DNA of 40,000 nucleotides from Clostridia bacterium (GTDB lineage: Bacteria; Bacillota; Clostridia; TANB77; UBA1234). Of this stretch, positions 25,796 through 35,058 are shown one piece after another. Within the stretch, counting starts at the first letter, position 1. Each line of letters begins with the position of its first letter. Location of the stretch: the NCBI GenBank assembly GCA_900753975.1, contig CAAEBC010000013.1:33855-73854 (forward strand), written 5' to 3'. The notes beneath the pieces are model-generated. The model did no database searches, was not told where the DNA came from, and saw only the letters and a list, made by a program, of their open reading frames with translations. The translations under genes were made by a program, and so were the position numbers.

Positions 25796-26365
25796 ATGGA
25801 AAATATAAATAGTTATTTTAAATTGGCAATGTTTATTCCTATTGGAATAGCAGTGTTTATTTCAATATTAATAACTCCGTATTTAAAGTTAGGAAACTAT
25901 AAGATTGTATGTAAAGCAAGAGAGCAAAACATATATGTAAAAGGTAATTTTATTTGGCCTACTCCTGGAGTGACAGGGATATCTTCTTATTTTGGAAGAA
26001 GAAAAACTCCAGTAAAAGGAGCTTCTACATTTCATAAAGGGATAGATATTTTAGCGTCTCAAGGTACAAATGTTTATGCAACAGCAAGTGGAAAAGTAGT
26101 GATAGCGGGATTTAGTGCTTCTGGTGGATATATGTTAAAAATAGAACATGAAAATAATTATACGTCGTCGTATTGTCATTTATCGGAAAGATTGTATGTT
26201 AAGAATGGCGAATATGTGAGGAGCGGACAAAAAATTGGAACCGTAGGTCCAAAGTATCTTTCAAATGGAAAATTAAATGGTGCAACAACAGGAGTTCATT
26301 TACACTTTGCTATTACCAATAATGGAGAGGCAATAGATCCACTAAAAATATTAAATATTAGGTAG
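25796..26365 (+). CDS. M23-family (LytM-type) metallopeptidase with N-terminal TM anchor
   Basis: HKGIDI, SSYCHLS and VHLHF motifs of the peptidase M23 zinc site. Confidence 0.85.
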   Translation: MENINSYFKLAMFIPIGIAVFISILITPYLKLGNYKIVCKAREQNIYVKGNFIWPTPGVTGISSYFGRRKTPVKGASTFHKGIDILASQGTNVYATASGKVVIAGFSASGGYMLKIEHENNYTSSYCHLSERLYVKNGEYVRSGQKIGTVGPKYLSNGKLNGATTGVHLHFAITNNGEAIDPLKILNIR

Positions 26366-26462
26366 CCGTAGGTATTTCATAATGTACAATAAAATTTACG
26401 GTATAAGTAAAATAAATTTTACAAAAAGTAACAAAAATTAACTCTCCGTAATGAGAATGTAA

Positions 26463-26498
26463 ACAGTTTGTAAAATTGGTAAACATTTTATAAACTGT
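26463..26498. promoter_or_regulatory. 14-8-14 dyad abutting the -35 of the S-layer promoter (candidate operator)
   Basis: acagtttgtaaaat (26463-26476) versus the reverse complement of attttataaactgt (26485-26498): 13/14 match. Confidence 0.4.
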
Positions 26499-26499
26499 G

Positions 26500-26527
26500 T
26501 TGACTCTAAAAATTTAACGTATATAAT
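26500..26527 (+). promoter_or_regulatory. near-consensus sigma-A promoter of the expressed S-layer gene (TTGACT-N16-TATAAT), giving a ~135-nt leader
   Basis: ttgact at 26500-26505, tataat at 26522-26527. The leader contains two interleaved stems (26578-26585/26613-26620 and 26593-26599/26631-26637). RBS aaaggagga at 26652-26660. Confidence 0.6.
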
Positions 26528-26668
26528 GACATTGTAGTTAGGAAAACATGGCAATAATTCCATAAATTTCTTAACACTTAGGTTGTTACAGAGCAGAAAA
26601 GGTGGAAAGGGGCAACCTAATAAAAATTACTTTCTGCCGAAACAAAAAATTAAAGGAGGATATTCTAA

Positions 26669-29254
26669 ATGAAAAGAATAGTATCATTATTATTAGCGCT
26701 TTCAATGGTTCTTAGTATGTTTACTGTATCTTTTGCTGGAACAAGCTTAAAAGATATCGAAGGTAAAAAATACCAAGCTGCAGTTGAAGCACTAGTTGAA
26801 TTAGGTGTTGTTTCTGGTTACCCAGATGGAACATACCTACCAGACAATGTAGTAACAAGAGCAGAACTTGCTAAATTATTAGTAGTTGCTTATGGATTAG
26901 AGCCAGCTGCTGAAGCTTCAAAAGGTGTTACACCTTTCGCTGATGTAAACGCAGTTGCAAATCACTGGGCTTCTGGCTACATTAACGTATCAGCTGATTA
27001 CAAATTCGTTAATGGTTACCCAGATGGTTCATTCAAAGGTGATGCTACAGTTACATATGCTGAAGCTATCACAATGTGTTTAAGAGTTTTAGGTTATGCT
27101 AATGAAATTGATTCAAAGGGAACATGGCCAACAAACTACATAGCAAAAGCACAAGATCTTAAATTAATGAAAGATATCGAATTTGCTTCTTACAACGATG
27201 GAGCTAAAAGAGGAGATATCGCTTTATTAATCTGGAATATGTTAAGAACTCCTATGTGGGAAGTTACTGGCGAAACAGAGGGTGATGGTTTAGCATCTGC
27301 ACCTAACAGATATATGTTAAACGTAAAATTCTCTGATTATGCATATACAGACAAAGCTACTTTCGAAGGATTCGAAATTAAAGAAGATAAGAAAGAAGAA
27401 GTTGCTAAAGTATATGTTTCATTAGAAAATGGCGACAGCAAAAAAGAATACGAAATATTAGATAATAAAGAATATGAATATGCTGGAAATGATTTTTATA
27501 AATTTGTTCCTGGAACAGAAGTAGAAGTATTAGTTAACGAAGATGATAAAACTTTATTAACTATGGTTGCTACAGGTTCTGACAAATTAGTAGAAGGCGA
27601 CAAAGATGAAGTTAATGATAAATATGATTTATCAGGTGACTATGATTATGCTTATGCAAGAGTTGAAGGTAAGAAAGTAAAAAATTCTACAACTTTAACT
27701 GGTGCTAAATACGAATATGTATACAAATTTGAAGAAAAAACAGATTACGTAAAAGTAAATGGTAGAAGATTAGAAAAAGATGATTATACAGATAAACTAA
27801 TTCTTCGTGGTGGCGAAAGAGTTGAATTATCTGATATCAAAGTTGGAGACATTATCACTACTGTTGAAGTTTCAAATGGTGAGACATTCTATGTAATCGG
27901 TGGAACAGAAGTTGAAGGTAAATTAACTAAAGTTTCTGAAGAAGATTACGAAAATGTTACTGGAACGTACATCAATGCAGTTATCGGTGGAAAAGACTAC
28001 AAAGTAGCAGACGGTGCTAAATATGTAGAAGATCCAGAAAAAGATGCTGAAAAAGCGGGAACAACATTAGCAAATTCTTGGGAAAAAGGAATGAAGAACG
28101 AAGAAGTTGTTGCTAAATTAGATCCAGTTTTCGGTAAAGTTGTAAGAGTTGAATTCGATGGTCACATTGGTGATGGCGAAGACACAACATACAAATTCTT
28201 TGCTGCAACATCTGATGTTTACACAGGTAAAACATCTAAAGAGTATTATATTGAATTAGCTACAGTTGATGGAGATGCTGAAGAATTCAAATTTGCTAAA
28301 GCAGCTATCACTACAGCTAAAGCTTTATATACTGAAGAATTAGAAGGCAGATTCGTTGCTGTTGAATTAAATGATGACGACGAAGTTGTTGATGTAAAAG
28401 TAGTAGCTGACGAAAGTAAGATCACATATGGTGCTGAACCTAACGAATACTACGAAATCACAAAATTAACAAACGCTGAATATGACAAAGATGAAAAAGC
28501 TGTTACAGACGGAACAGATAGCTTCCCAGTAACAAAGAATGTTATCGTTGTAATCGAAAAGACTATCAACGAAGGAAAGAAGAACGAAGAAAAAGTTGTT
28601 GAATTCTCTGACTTAAGCGAATTAGAAGGCTTAAAGAAGAAAGATATGGTTGTTGTTATTGATAAAGACGCTGACATCCAAACAGCTAAATATGTTGTAA
28701 TCAAAGATGCTGAAAAGACATCTGATAACAAAGTTGGTAAAGTTAAGAGTGTTGTTAAGAATAAACTTGGCGACTACGAAGTAACTCTTGAAACAGAAGA
28801 TGGTAAAGAAACAGCTATCGTTGCTGATGCTGATTACGCTAAAGTAAAAGCTCATGAAGATGGTGTTGTTGTTTACACAACTGAAACAAATAGCGATGAT
28901 GAATTAGAATTCAACTTCGTTAAAGGTATCGCATATGATGAATTAGATGACACAAATACAAATCATGGTTATGTATCAGCTGTTGACGGTGATTTATTCA
29001 CAGTTAAGAATGCTGGTGCTGGTACTTACGATTTAACATCTAAGACAGTTACAGATGCTTGGGAAGATGCTACAATCGTTATCGTAGAAGTAACAGAAGT
29101 TAAAGGTGACGCTCATCAATACGAAGTAGATACTATCACAACAGTAGCTTTAGACGAATTAAGTCTTGAAGTTGCAGATAGAATATCTTTAGGTAAAGAC
29201 GGAGAAGACGTTGAAGCTGTATTCGTAATCAGAAACATGGCTGAAATGGACTAA
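26669..29254 (+). CDS. S-layer-type surface protein with signal peptide and three N-terminal SLH repeats (expressed copy)
   Basis: Signal peptide MKRIVSLLLALSMVLSMFTVSFA. SLH repeats (aa ~25-75, ~88-140, ~150-195). Acidic, repeat-poor 660-aa body. Strong promoter, long leader, dedicated terminator. Confidence 0.9.
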   Translation: MKRIVSLLLALSMVLSMFTVSFAGTSLKDIEGKKYQAAVEALVELGVVSGYPDGTYLPDNVVTRAELAKLLVVAYGLEPAAEASKGVTPFADVNAVANHWASGYINVSADYKFVNGYPDGSFKGDATVTYAEAITMCLRVLGYANEIDSKGTWPTNYIAKAQDLKLMKDIEFASYNDGAKRGDIALLIWNMLRTPMWEVTGETEGDGLASAPNRYMLNVKFSDYAYTDKATFEGFEIKEDKKEEVAKVYVSLENGDSKKEYEILDNKEYEYAGNDFYKFVPGTEVEVLVNEDDKTLLTMVATGSDKLVEGDKDEVNDKYDLSGDYDYAYARVEGKKVKNSTTLTGAKYEYVYKFEEKTDYVKVNGRRLEKDDYTDKLILRGGERVELSDIKVGDIITTVEVSNGETFYVIGGTEVEGKLTKVSEEDYENVTGTYINAVIGGKDYKVADGAKYVEDPEKDAEKAGTTLANSWEKGMKNEEVVAKLDPVFGKVVRVEFDGHIGDGEDTTYKFFAATSDVYTGKTSKEYYIELATVDGDAEEFKFAKAAITTAKALYTEELEGRFVAVELNDDDEVVDVKVVADESKITYGAEPNEYYEITKLTNAEYDKDEKAVTDGTDSFPVTKNVIVVIEKTINEGKKNEEKVVEFSDLSELEGLKKKDMVVVIDKDADIQTAKYVVIKDAEKTSDNKVGKVKSVVKNKLGDYEVTLETEDGKETAIVADADYAKVKAHEDGVVVYTTETNSDDELEFNFVKGIAYDELDDTNTNHGYVSAVDGDLFTVKNAGAGTYDLTSKTVTDAWEDATIVIVEVTEVKGDAHQYEVDTITTVALDELSLEVADRISLGKDGEDVEAVFVIRNMAEMD

Positions 29255-29273
29255 TCTATAGTCACTAACTAAG

Positions 29274-29307
29274 AAAGCGAGAGGTTTTAAAGCCTCTCGT
29301 TTTTTTG
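29274..29307 (+). terminator. intrinsic terminator of the expressed S-layer gene
   Basis: cgagagg (29278-29284) pairs with cctctcg (29293-29299), followed by ttttttt. Confidence 0.8.
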
Positions 29308-29453
29308 TTTTTTGATTAGTTGATAAAGTTAGAATTGCATATTCAATTTTCTTTGCCATTTTTATTAAATTATTTAATAAAATAATTTTTATAATACACT
29401 TATAATACACATAAATATCCCCCAGTAAAAAAGTGGGGGTTTCTTCTAAATAC

Positions 29454-29489
29454 AAAAAAGCGAGAGGTCTTAAAACCTCTCGTTTTTTT
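29454..29489. terminator. terminator copy belonging to the silent cassette (palindromic, A- and T-tracts both sides)
   Basis: cgagagg (29461-29467) pairs with cctctcg (29476-29482). A-run at 29454-29459, T-run at 29483-29489. Confidence 0.75.
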
Positions 29490-29505
29490 AGTTAGTGACT
29501 ATAGA

Positions 29506-31726
29506 TTAGTCCATTTCAGGCATGTTTCTGATTACGAATACAGCTTCAACGTCTTGTCCGTCTTTACCTAGAGATATTCTATCTGCAACTTCAAGACTTA
29601 ATTCGTCTAAAGTTACTGTTGTGATAGTATCTACTTTGTATTGAACATTTACTTTGTCATCTTCTGTTACTTCTATGATAACGATTGTAGCATCTTCATA
29701 AGTATCTTTAAATGTTTTAGATGTTAAATTGTAAGTCTTGTCACCTTCAATTGTGAACATATTTCTACTAATAGCTGATACATAACCATATTTGTATTTG
29801 TAGCGTTTAATTCATCATATTTGATACCTTTAACGAAGTGGAATACTAATTCATCATCGCTATTTGTTTCAGTTGTGTAAACAACAACACCATCTTCATG
29901 AGCTTTTATGTTATCTTTTTCTGCATTAGCAACGATAGCTGTTTCTTTACCATCTTCTGTTTCAAGAGTTACTTCGTAGTCGCCAAGTTCATTTTTAACA
30001 ACACTCTTAACTATACCAACTTTGTTATCTGATGTCTTTTCAGCATCTGCGATTATAACAAATTTAGCTGTTTGAATATCCTCATCTTTATCTACTACAA
30101 CAGTCATATCTTTTCTCTTTAATCCTTCTAATTCGCTTAAGTCAGAGAATTCAACAACTTTTTCTTCGTTCTTCTTGCCTTTGTTGATAGTCTTTTCGAT
30201 TACAACAATAACATTATCAGTTACTAGAACTTTATTTGATCCATCAGTAACAACATTTTCATCTTTGTCATATTCAGCATTTCCTAATGAAGTAATTTCA
30301 TAGTATTCACCAGATTCTGTACCATAAGTAATTACATCTTCGTTTACTACTACTTTTACATCAACAACTTCGTCGTCGTCGTTTAACTCAACAGCAACGA
30401 ATCTACCTTTTAAATCAGCATTATATAAAGCTTGAGCTTTAGCCTTAGCTTCTTTAGTTGTAGCAAATTGGAATTCTTCAGCATCACCATCAACTGTAGC
30501 TAATTCAATATAGTACTCTTTAGATGTTTTACCATTATAAACATCAGATGTTGCAGCAAAGAATTTGTATGTTGAGTCTTCACCATCACCAATGTGGCCG
30601 TCAAATTCAACTCTTACAACTTTACCGAAAACTGGATCTAATTTAGCAACAACTTCTTCGTTCTTCATTCCAGATATCCAACCACTATCAAAAGATTTGC
30701 CAGCTTTGTCAGCGTCTTTCTCTGGATCCTCTACATAATTAGCACCTTTTGCTACTACATAGTCTTCTCCACCGATAACTGCATTGATGTATGTTCCATC
30801 AACATTTTCGTAGTTTTCTTTAGAAACTTTAGTTAATTTACCTTCAACTTCTGAACCACCAATTACGTAGAAAGTTTCACCGTTTGAAACTTTAACAGTT
30901 GTGATGATGTCTCCAACTTTGATATCAGAAAGTTCAATTCTTTCGCCGTTACGAAGAATTAAGTCATCTGTATAATCATCTTTGTCTAATCTTCTACCAT
31001 TTACTTTTACGTAATCTGCTTTATCTTCGAATTTGTATACATATTCGAAGCTTTCGCCAGATAAAGTTGTAGAAGCTTTTACTTCTTTACCTTCAACTCT
31101 TGCATAAGCATAATCATAGTCGCCTGATAATTCATATTTATCGTTAATAGCATCTTTCTTACCTTCTACTAATTTGTCAGAACCTGTAGGAACGATAGTT
31201 AATAAAGTTTTATCTTCTTCATTAACTAAAACTTCTACTTCTGTTCCTTTAACAAATGTATAGAAGTCGTTTCCAGCATATTCATATTCTGTATTTTTTA
31301 ATACATCATATGAAGTCTTTGTATTTTCATTAGGTGTTATGTGATCATCTAATGTAATATATACTTTAGCAACTTCTTCTTTCTTGTCTTCTGCGATTTC
31401 GAATCCTTCGAAAGTAGCTTTATCTGTATATGCATAATCAGCGAATTTTACATTTAACATGTATCTGTTAGGTTCAGATGCTAAACCATTGCCTTCAGAT
31501 TCACTTGTGATTTCCCACATTGGAGTTCTTAACATATTCCAGATTAATAAAGCGATATCTCCTCTTTTAGCTCCATCGTTGTATGAAGCGAAATCGATAT
31601 CTTTCATTAATTTAAGTTCTTGTGCTTTTGCTATGTAGTTTGTTGGCCATGTTCCTTTTGATTCGATTGCTTTAGCATAACCTAAAACTCTTAAACACAT
31701 TGTGATAGCTTCAGCATATGTAACTG
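29506..31726 (-). pseudogene. promoterless, 5'-truncated, frameshifted second S-layer gene copy (silent cassette)
   Basis: Homology to the expressed gene begins inside SLH repeat 2 (VTYAEAITMCLRV). An in-frame TAA lies 13 codons upstream of the Met and there is no RBS, start codon or signal peptide. A 1-nt deletion (aat-at-ggt versus aat-cat-ggt, about 29779) splits it into track ORFs 29724-31700 and 29506-29760. Confidence 0.85.
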
Positions 31727-31761
31727 GCGTGCTTGCTTGAAAGCTTAATTTGGTTTAGTTC

Positions 31762-31790
31762 TTGCCTTAACGTGTGTATTATGTGATACT
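31762..31790 (+). promoter_or_regulatory. candidate promoter of the recombinase gene (TTGCCT-N17-TGtGATACT)
   Basis: ttgcct at 31762-31767, gatact at 31785-31790 with an upstream tg. RBS aaaggag at 31813-31819. Confidence 0.4.
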
Positions 31791-31827
31791 TTTTAATGAA
31801 AATCTATTTATGAAAGGAGATTTTGTT

Positions 31828-32859
31828 ATGAGACTGCCAAATGGTTTTGGTTCGGTTCACAAACTAACAGGTAACAGAAGAAAGCCTTACAGAGTTAGGA
31901 TTACTGTGGGTTGGGAAGATGCTAATGATATTAATAGAACACAAAAGTATAAAACAATAGGATATTTTTCTACAAAAGAGGAGGGACTTATCGCTCTTGC
32001 CTGTTTTAATAAAAATCCTTATGATATTTCTTTCGATAACATGACTTTTAATGAAGTGTATAAGCTTTGGAGCAATGAACATTATAAAAATATTACTTCA
32101 TCTTCTAAAAGAATTTGGATTGCAGCATATAAGCATAGTGAATGTTTGTATAATAAAAATTTTAGGAGTTTAAAAGTTTCCGATTTAGAATTAGCTATAA
32201 ATGTAGCAGATGTTGGTGCTGCTACTAAACTTAGGATGAAGTGTTTATATAATATGATGTATAAATATGCAATCAAACACGAGATTACAGATAAAAATTA
32301 TGCAATGTATTGTGATGTACCAAGGGTAGTTACAGTCATGGAGCGACTTCCTTTTTCGGATGAGGAGATTGATATTTTGTGGGATAATCTTAATATGCCT
32401 TTTGTAGATATGATTTTGATTAATATTTATTCTGGTCTTCGTCCACGAGAACTTGTGGAGCTACAAACAAAAAATATTGATTTAGAAAAAAAGTTAATTG
32501 TAGGTGGAATGAAGACAGATGCCGGAAAGGACAGATGTGTGCCAATACACGATAAAATATATTTTCTTATAAAGAAAAGGTTTGATTTAAAAAACGAAAG
32601 ACTATTTTTAAATGAAGATATGCAAGAAATGGATTATTATAGTTACAGATTAAGATTTATGAAGGTTATGAAAAATCTTAATATGTTTCACAGACCGCAT
32701 GATGCACGTCATACTTTTATAACTAAAGCAAAACACGCAGATATAAATGAATATATTTTAAAACAAATTGTTGGTCATAAGATTTCAGATATTACAGAAA
32801 AAGTTTATACGCATAGGAATATTGACGAATTATACGCAGAAATTAACAAAATAAAGTAA
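31828..32859 (+). CDS. tyrosine site-specific recombinase (phage-integrase family, AP2-like arm-binding N-terminus), solitary
   Basis: Start at ATG 31828 behind the RBS. N-terminus MRLPNGFGSVHKLTGNRRKPYRVRI is typical of Firmicute integrases. Complete catalytic set: R (GLRPRE), K (GGMKTDAGKDRCVPI), HxxR (HDARHT), H (GHK), Y (VYTH). Confidence 0.9.
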   Translation: MRLPNGFGSVHKLTGNRRKPYRVRITVGWEDANDINRTQKYKTIGYFSTKEEGLIALACFNKNPYDISFDNMTFNEVYKLWSNEHYKNITSSSKRIWIAAYKHSECLYNKNFRSLKVSDLELAINVADVGAATKLRMKCLYNMMYKYAIKHEITDKNYAMYCDVPRVVTVMERLPFSDEEIDILWDNLNMPFVDMILINIYSGLRPRELVELQTKNIDLEKKLIVGGMKTDAGKDRCVPIHDKIYFLIKKRFDLKNERLFLNEDMQEMDYYSYRLRFMKVMKNLNMFHRPHDARHTFITKAKHADINEYILKQIVGHKISDITEKVYTHRNIDELYAEINKIK

Positions 32860-32914
32860 TTATGAACGATTAGTCACAAAGTATTTCCATTAAGGAGCAA
32901 TTAGTATTTAGCTC

Positions 32915-32943
32915 TTGCAATTATGTATATTGTGGTTTAAAAT
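32915..32943 (+). promoter_or_regulatory. candidate topA promoter TTGCAA-N17-TAAAAT
   Basis: ttgcaa at 32915-32920, taaaat at 32938-32943. Confidence 0.4.
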
Positions 32944-32980
32944 AGTATGGTAGAAAAATTAAAATGGATAGGAGATAAAT

Positions 32981-35005
32981 ATGGCTGATTATTTAGTGAT
33001 CGTGGAATCACCTGCTAAGGCGACTACCATAAAAAAGATTTTAGGAAGTAAATATAAAGTTGAAGCTTCTATGGGACATGTTAGAGATTTACCTAAATCA
33101 CAATTAGGAATTGATATAGAAAATGATTTTGAACCTAAATATATTAATATACGAGGAAAAGCAGATTTAATTAAAAAACTTAAAACTGAAGCTAAGTCAG
33201 TTAAAAGAGTTTATCTTGCAACCGACCCTGATCGTGAGGGAGAAGCTATTGCTTGGCACTTAGCCTATATTTTAGGGATAGACGATAATTCTAATTGTAG
33301 AATTGCTTTTAACGAGATAACAAAAAATGGAATTCAAAGTGCGATAAAAGAACCACGCAAACTTGATAAGGATTTGATTGATGCACAGCAAGCAAGAAGA
33401 GCTTTGGATAGAATTGTTGGATATAAGATTAGCCCTCTTTTATGGAAGAAAGTAAGAAAAGGTCTTTCTGCTGGTAGAGTGCAATCTGTTGCTGTTAGAC
33501 TTATTGTCGATAGAGAAGAGCAAATAGAAAATTTTGTGCCCGAAGAATATTGGACTTTGGATGCTGAGCTTCTTTCTGGTAGGAAAAAATTTGACAGCAA
33601 ATTTTGGGGTGAGGGTGACAAAAGGTTAGATATAACTTCTGAAGTTCAAATGAATGAAATTTTGGATTATTTGGAAGATAAAAAATATATTGTAAAAGAT
33701 GTTAGAACAGGAGAAAAGAAAAGAAATCCTGCACCACCTTTTACTACTAGTACACTTCAACAAGAAGCTTCTAGAAAGCTTGGCTTTGCTATTAAAAAGA
33801 CGATGTCTTTAGCTCAAGGTTTATATGAAAGTGGTCTTATAACATACATGAGAACGGACTCTACAAGAATTTCTGAAGAAGCACGTAGTATGGCAAAAGA
33901 GCAAATCGTTAAAACTTTTGGTGCAGAGTATTATGAGAATAGATATTATAAAACTAAAAAAGATGCACAAGATGCACACGAAGCAATTAGACCTACTTAT
34001 TTAAATGTTCTACCAAGCGAGATAAAAGAAAAATATTCTTACGATCAATATAAACTTTATAAACTTATTTATGAAAGATTACTTGCTTCTCAAATGGCTG
34101 CCGCTGTTTATAATACAACAAGTGTTGATATTGAAGCAGGTAAATATATGTTTAGAACAAACGGATCTAAGTTAAAGTTTAATGGTTTTATGGCATTATA
34201 TGTTGAGGGTAATGATGATAATCTTGAAGAAAAAGATGTGATTTTACCTGACTTAAAAATTGGTGCTGAAGTGAAGTTAAAGGAACTTATACCAAGTCAA
34301 CATTTTACAGAGCCACCTGCAAGATACACAGAAGCAAGTCTTGTAAAGATGCTTGAAGAAAAAGGCATTGGTAGACCAAGTACTTATGCACCTACAATTA
34401 CTACTATTTTAGAAAGAAGATATGTAGAAAAAGAAAAGAAGATTTTGTATCCAACTGAGCTTGGAAGAATTGTTGATAAACTTTTAAAAGATAATTTTAA
34501 AGATATAGTTAATGTTGAATTCACAGCACAGATGGAAGAAAAACTTGATGATGTTGCAGAAGGAAAAGTTAAGTGGAAAGCAATCTTAGAAGATTTTTAT
34601 CCGCCTTTCGAAAAGAACTTAAAAGAGGTTGAAGAGAAAATTGGAAAAGTCGAAATTAAAGACGAAGAGACAGACATACCTTGTGAAAAATGTGGCAGAA
34701 TGATGGTAATCAAGATGGGAAGATTTGGCAAGTTCTTAGCATGTCCAGGTTTTCCAGAGTGTAGGAATGTTAAATCTATAATCGAGAAATTAGATAAAGT
34801 TAAATGTCCAAAATGTGGTGGTGATATTCTTATAAAGAAGAGTAAACGTGGTAAAAAATATTATATTTGTGAACACAACGATGGAGAAAAAGGGCATTGT
34901 GATTTTATAGCTTGGAACGGTCCAGATAAAAATGGAAATATTAAGGCGGCAGATCTTGATGAAAAGCCAAAAAGAAAGACAAGAAAGACGAAGAGCAAAA
35001 AATAA
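32981..35005 (+). CDS. topA: DNA topoisomerase I (type IA) with C-terminal zinc ribbons
   Basis: TOPRIM start LVIVESPAKA, DPDREGE, active-site region ITYMRTDS. C-terminal CxxC...C motifs (CEKCGRMM...CPGFPEC; CPKCGG...CEH) and a basic tail. Confidence 0.95.
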   Translation: MADYLVIVESPAKATTIKKILGSKYKVEASMGHVRDLPKSQLGIDIENDFEPKYINIRGKADLIKKLKTEAKSVKRVYLATDPDREGEAIAWHLAYILGIDDNSNCRIAFNEITKNGIQSAIKEPRKLDKDLIDAQQARRALDRIVGYKISPLLWKKVRKGLSAGRVQSVAVRLIVDREEQIENFVPEEYWTLDAELLSGRKKFDSKFWGEGDKRLDITSEVQMNEILDYLEDKKYIVKDVRTGEKKRNPAPPFTTSTLQQEASRKLGFAIKKTMSLAQGLYESGLITYMRTDSTRISEEARSMAKEQIVKTFGAEYYENRYYKTKKDAQDAHEAIRPTYLNVLPSEIKEKYSYDQYKLYKLIYERLLASQMAAAVYNTTSVDIEAGKYMFRTNGSKLKFNGFMALYVEGNDDNLEEKDVILPDLKIGAEVKLKELIPSQHFTEPPARYTEASLVKMLEEKGIGRPSTYAPTITTILERRYVEKEKKILYPTELGRIVDKLLKDNFKDIVNVEFTAQMEEKLDDVAEGKVKWKAILEDFYPPFEKNLKEVEEKIGKVEIKDEETDIPCEKCGRMMVIKMGRFGKFLACPGFPECRNVKSIIEKLDKVKCPKCGGDILIKKSKRGKKYYICEHNDGEKGHCDFIAWNGPDKNGNIKAADLDEKPKRKTRKTKSKK

Positions 35006-35024
35006 AAAAATATTATTACAGATA

Positions 35025-35053
35025 TTGCAAATCTAAAATAGTTGTGCTAATAT
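35025..35053 (+). promoter_or_regulatory. candidate promoter of the antitoxin-like sRNA (TTGCAA-N17 with TGc-TAATAT)
   Basis: ttgcaa at 35025-35030, tg at 35045-35046, taatat at 35048-35053. Same architecture as the convergent promoter at 35354-35382. Confidence 0.45.
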
Positions 35054-35058
35054 AGTTA

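Larger units (their letters stand above)
27048..31726. repeat. 2.26-kb imperfect inverted repeat (arms 27048-29308 and 29452-31726) around a 143-bp unique spacer
   Basis: Arms are collinear over the whole S-layer body, stop codon, 3' UTR and terminator. Perfect runs checked by hand: 55 bp (27048-27102 = revcomp 31726-31672) and 62 bp (27191-27252). Further perfect runs of 38 and 23 bp lie nearby. Confidence 0.9.

Noticed and set aside
14527-26412. Shared 14-mer cggtataagtaaaa at 14527-14540 and 26399-26412
   Set aside because: In 40 kb of AT-rich DNA, several 14-mer coincidences are expected by chance. The flanks do not align and the contexts differ (hairpin loop versus spacer).
29189-29455. 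88-aa minus-strand ORF across the spacer between the two S-layer copies
   Set aside because: It runs through two terminator hairpins and into the 3' end of the expressed gene on the wrong strand. It has no RBS.
3786-31827. Upstream start codons offered by the ORF track (3786 miaA, 13586 and 14679 SLH genes, 23481 alaS, 31774 recombinase, 13167 protease)
   Set aside because: In each case a downstream ATG or TTG sits 6-10 nt after a clear GGAGG-type RBS and yields the expected N-terminus (P-loop, signal peptide, family start). The upstream codons lack an RBS or overlap terminators or promoters.
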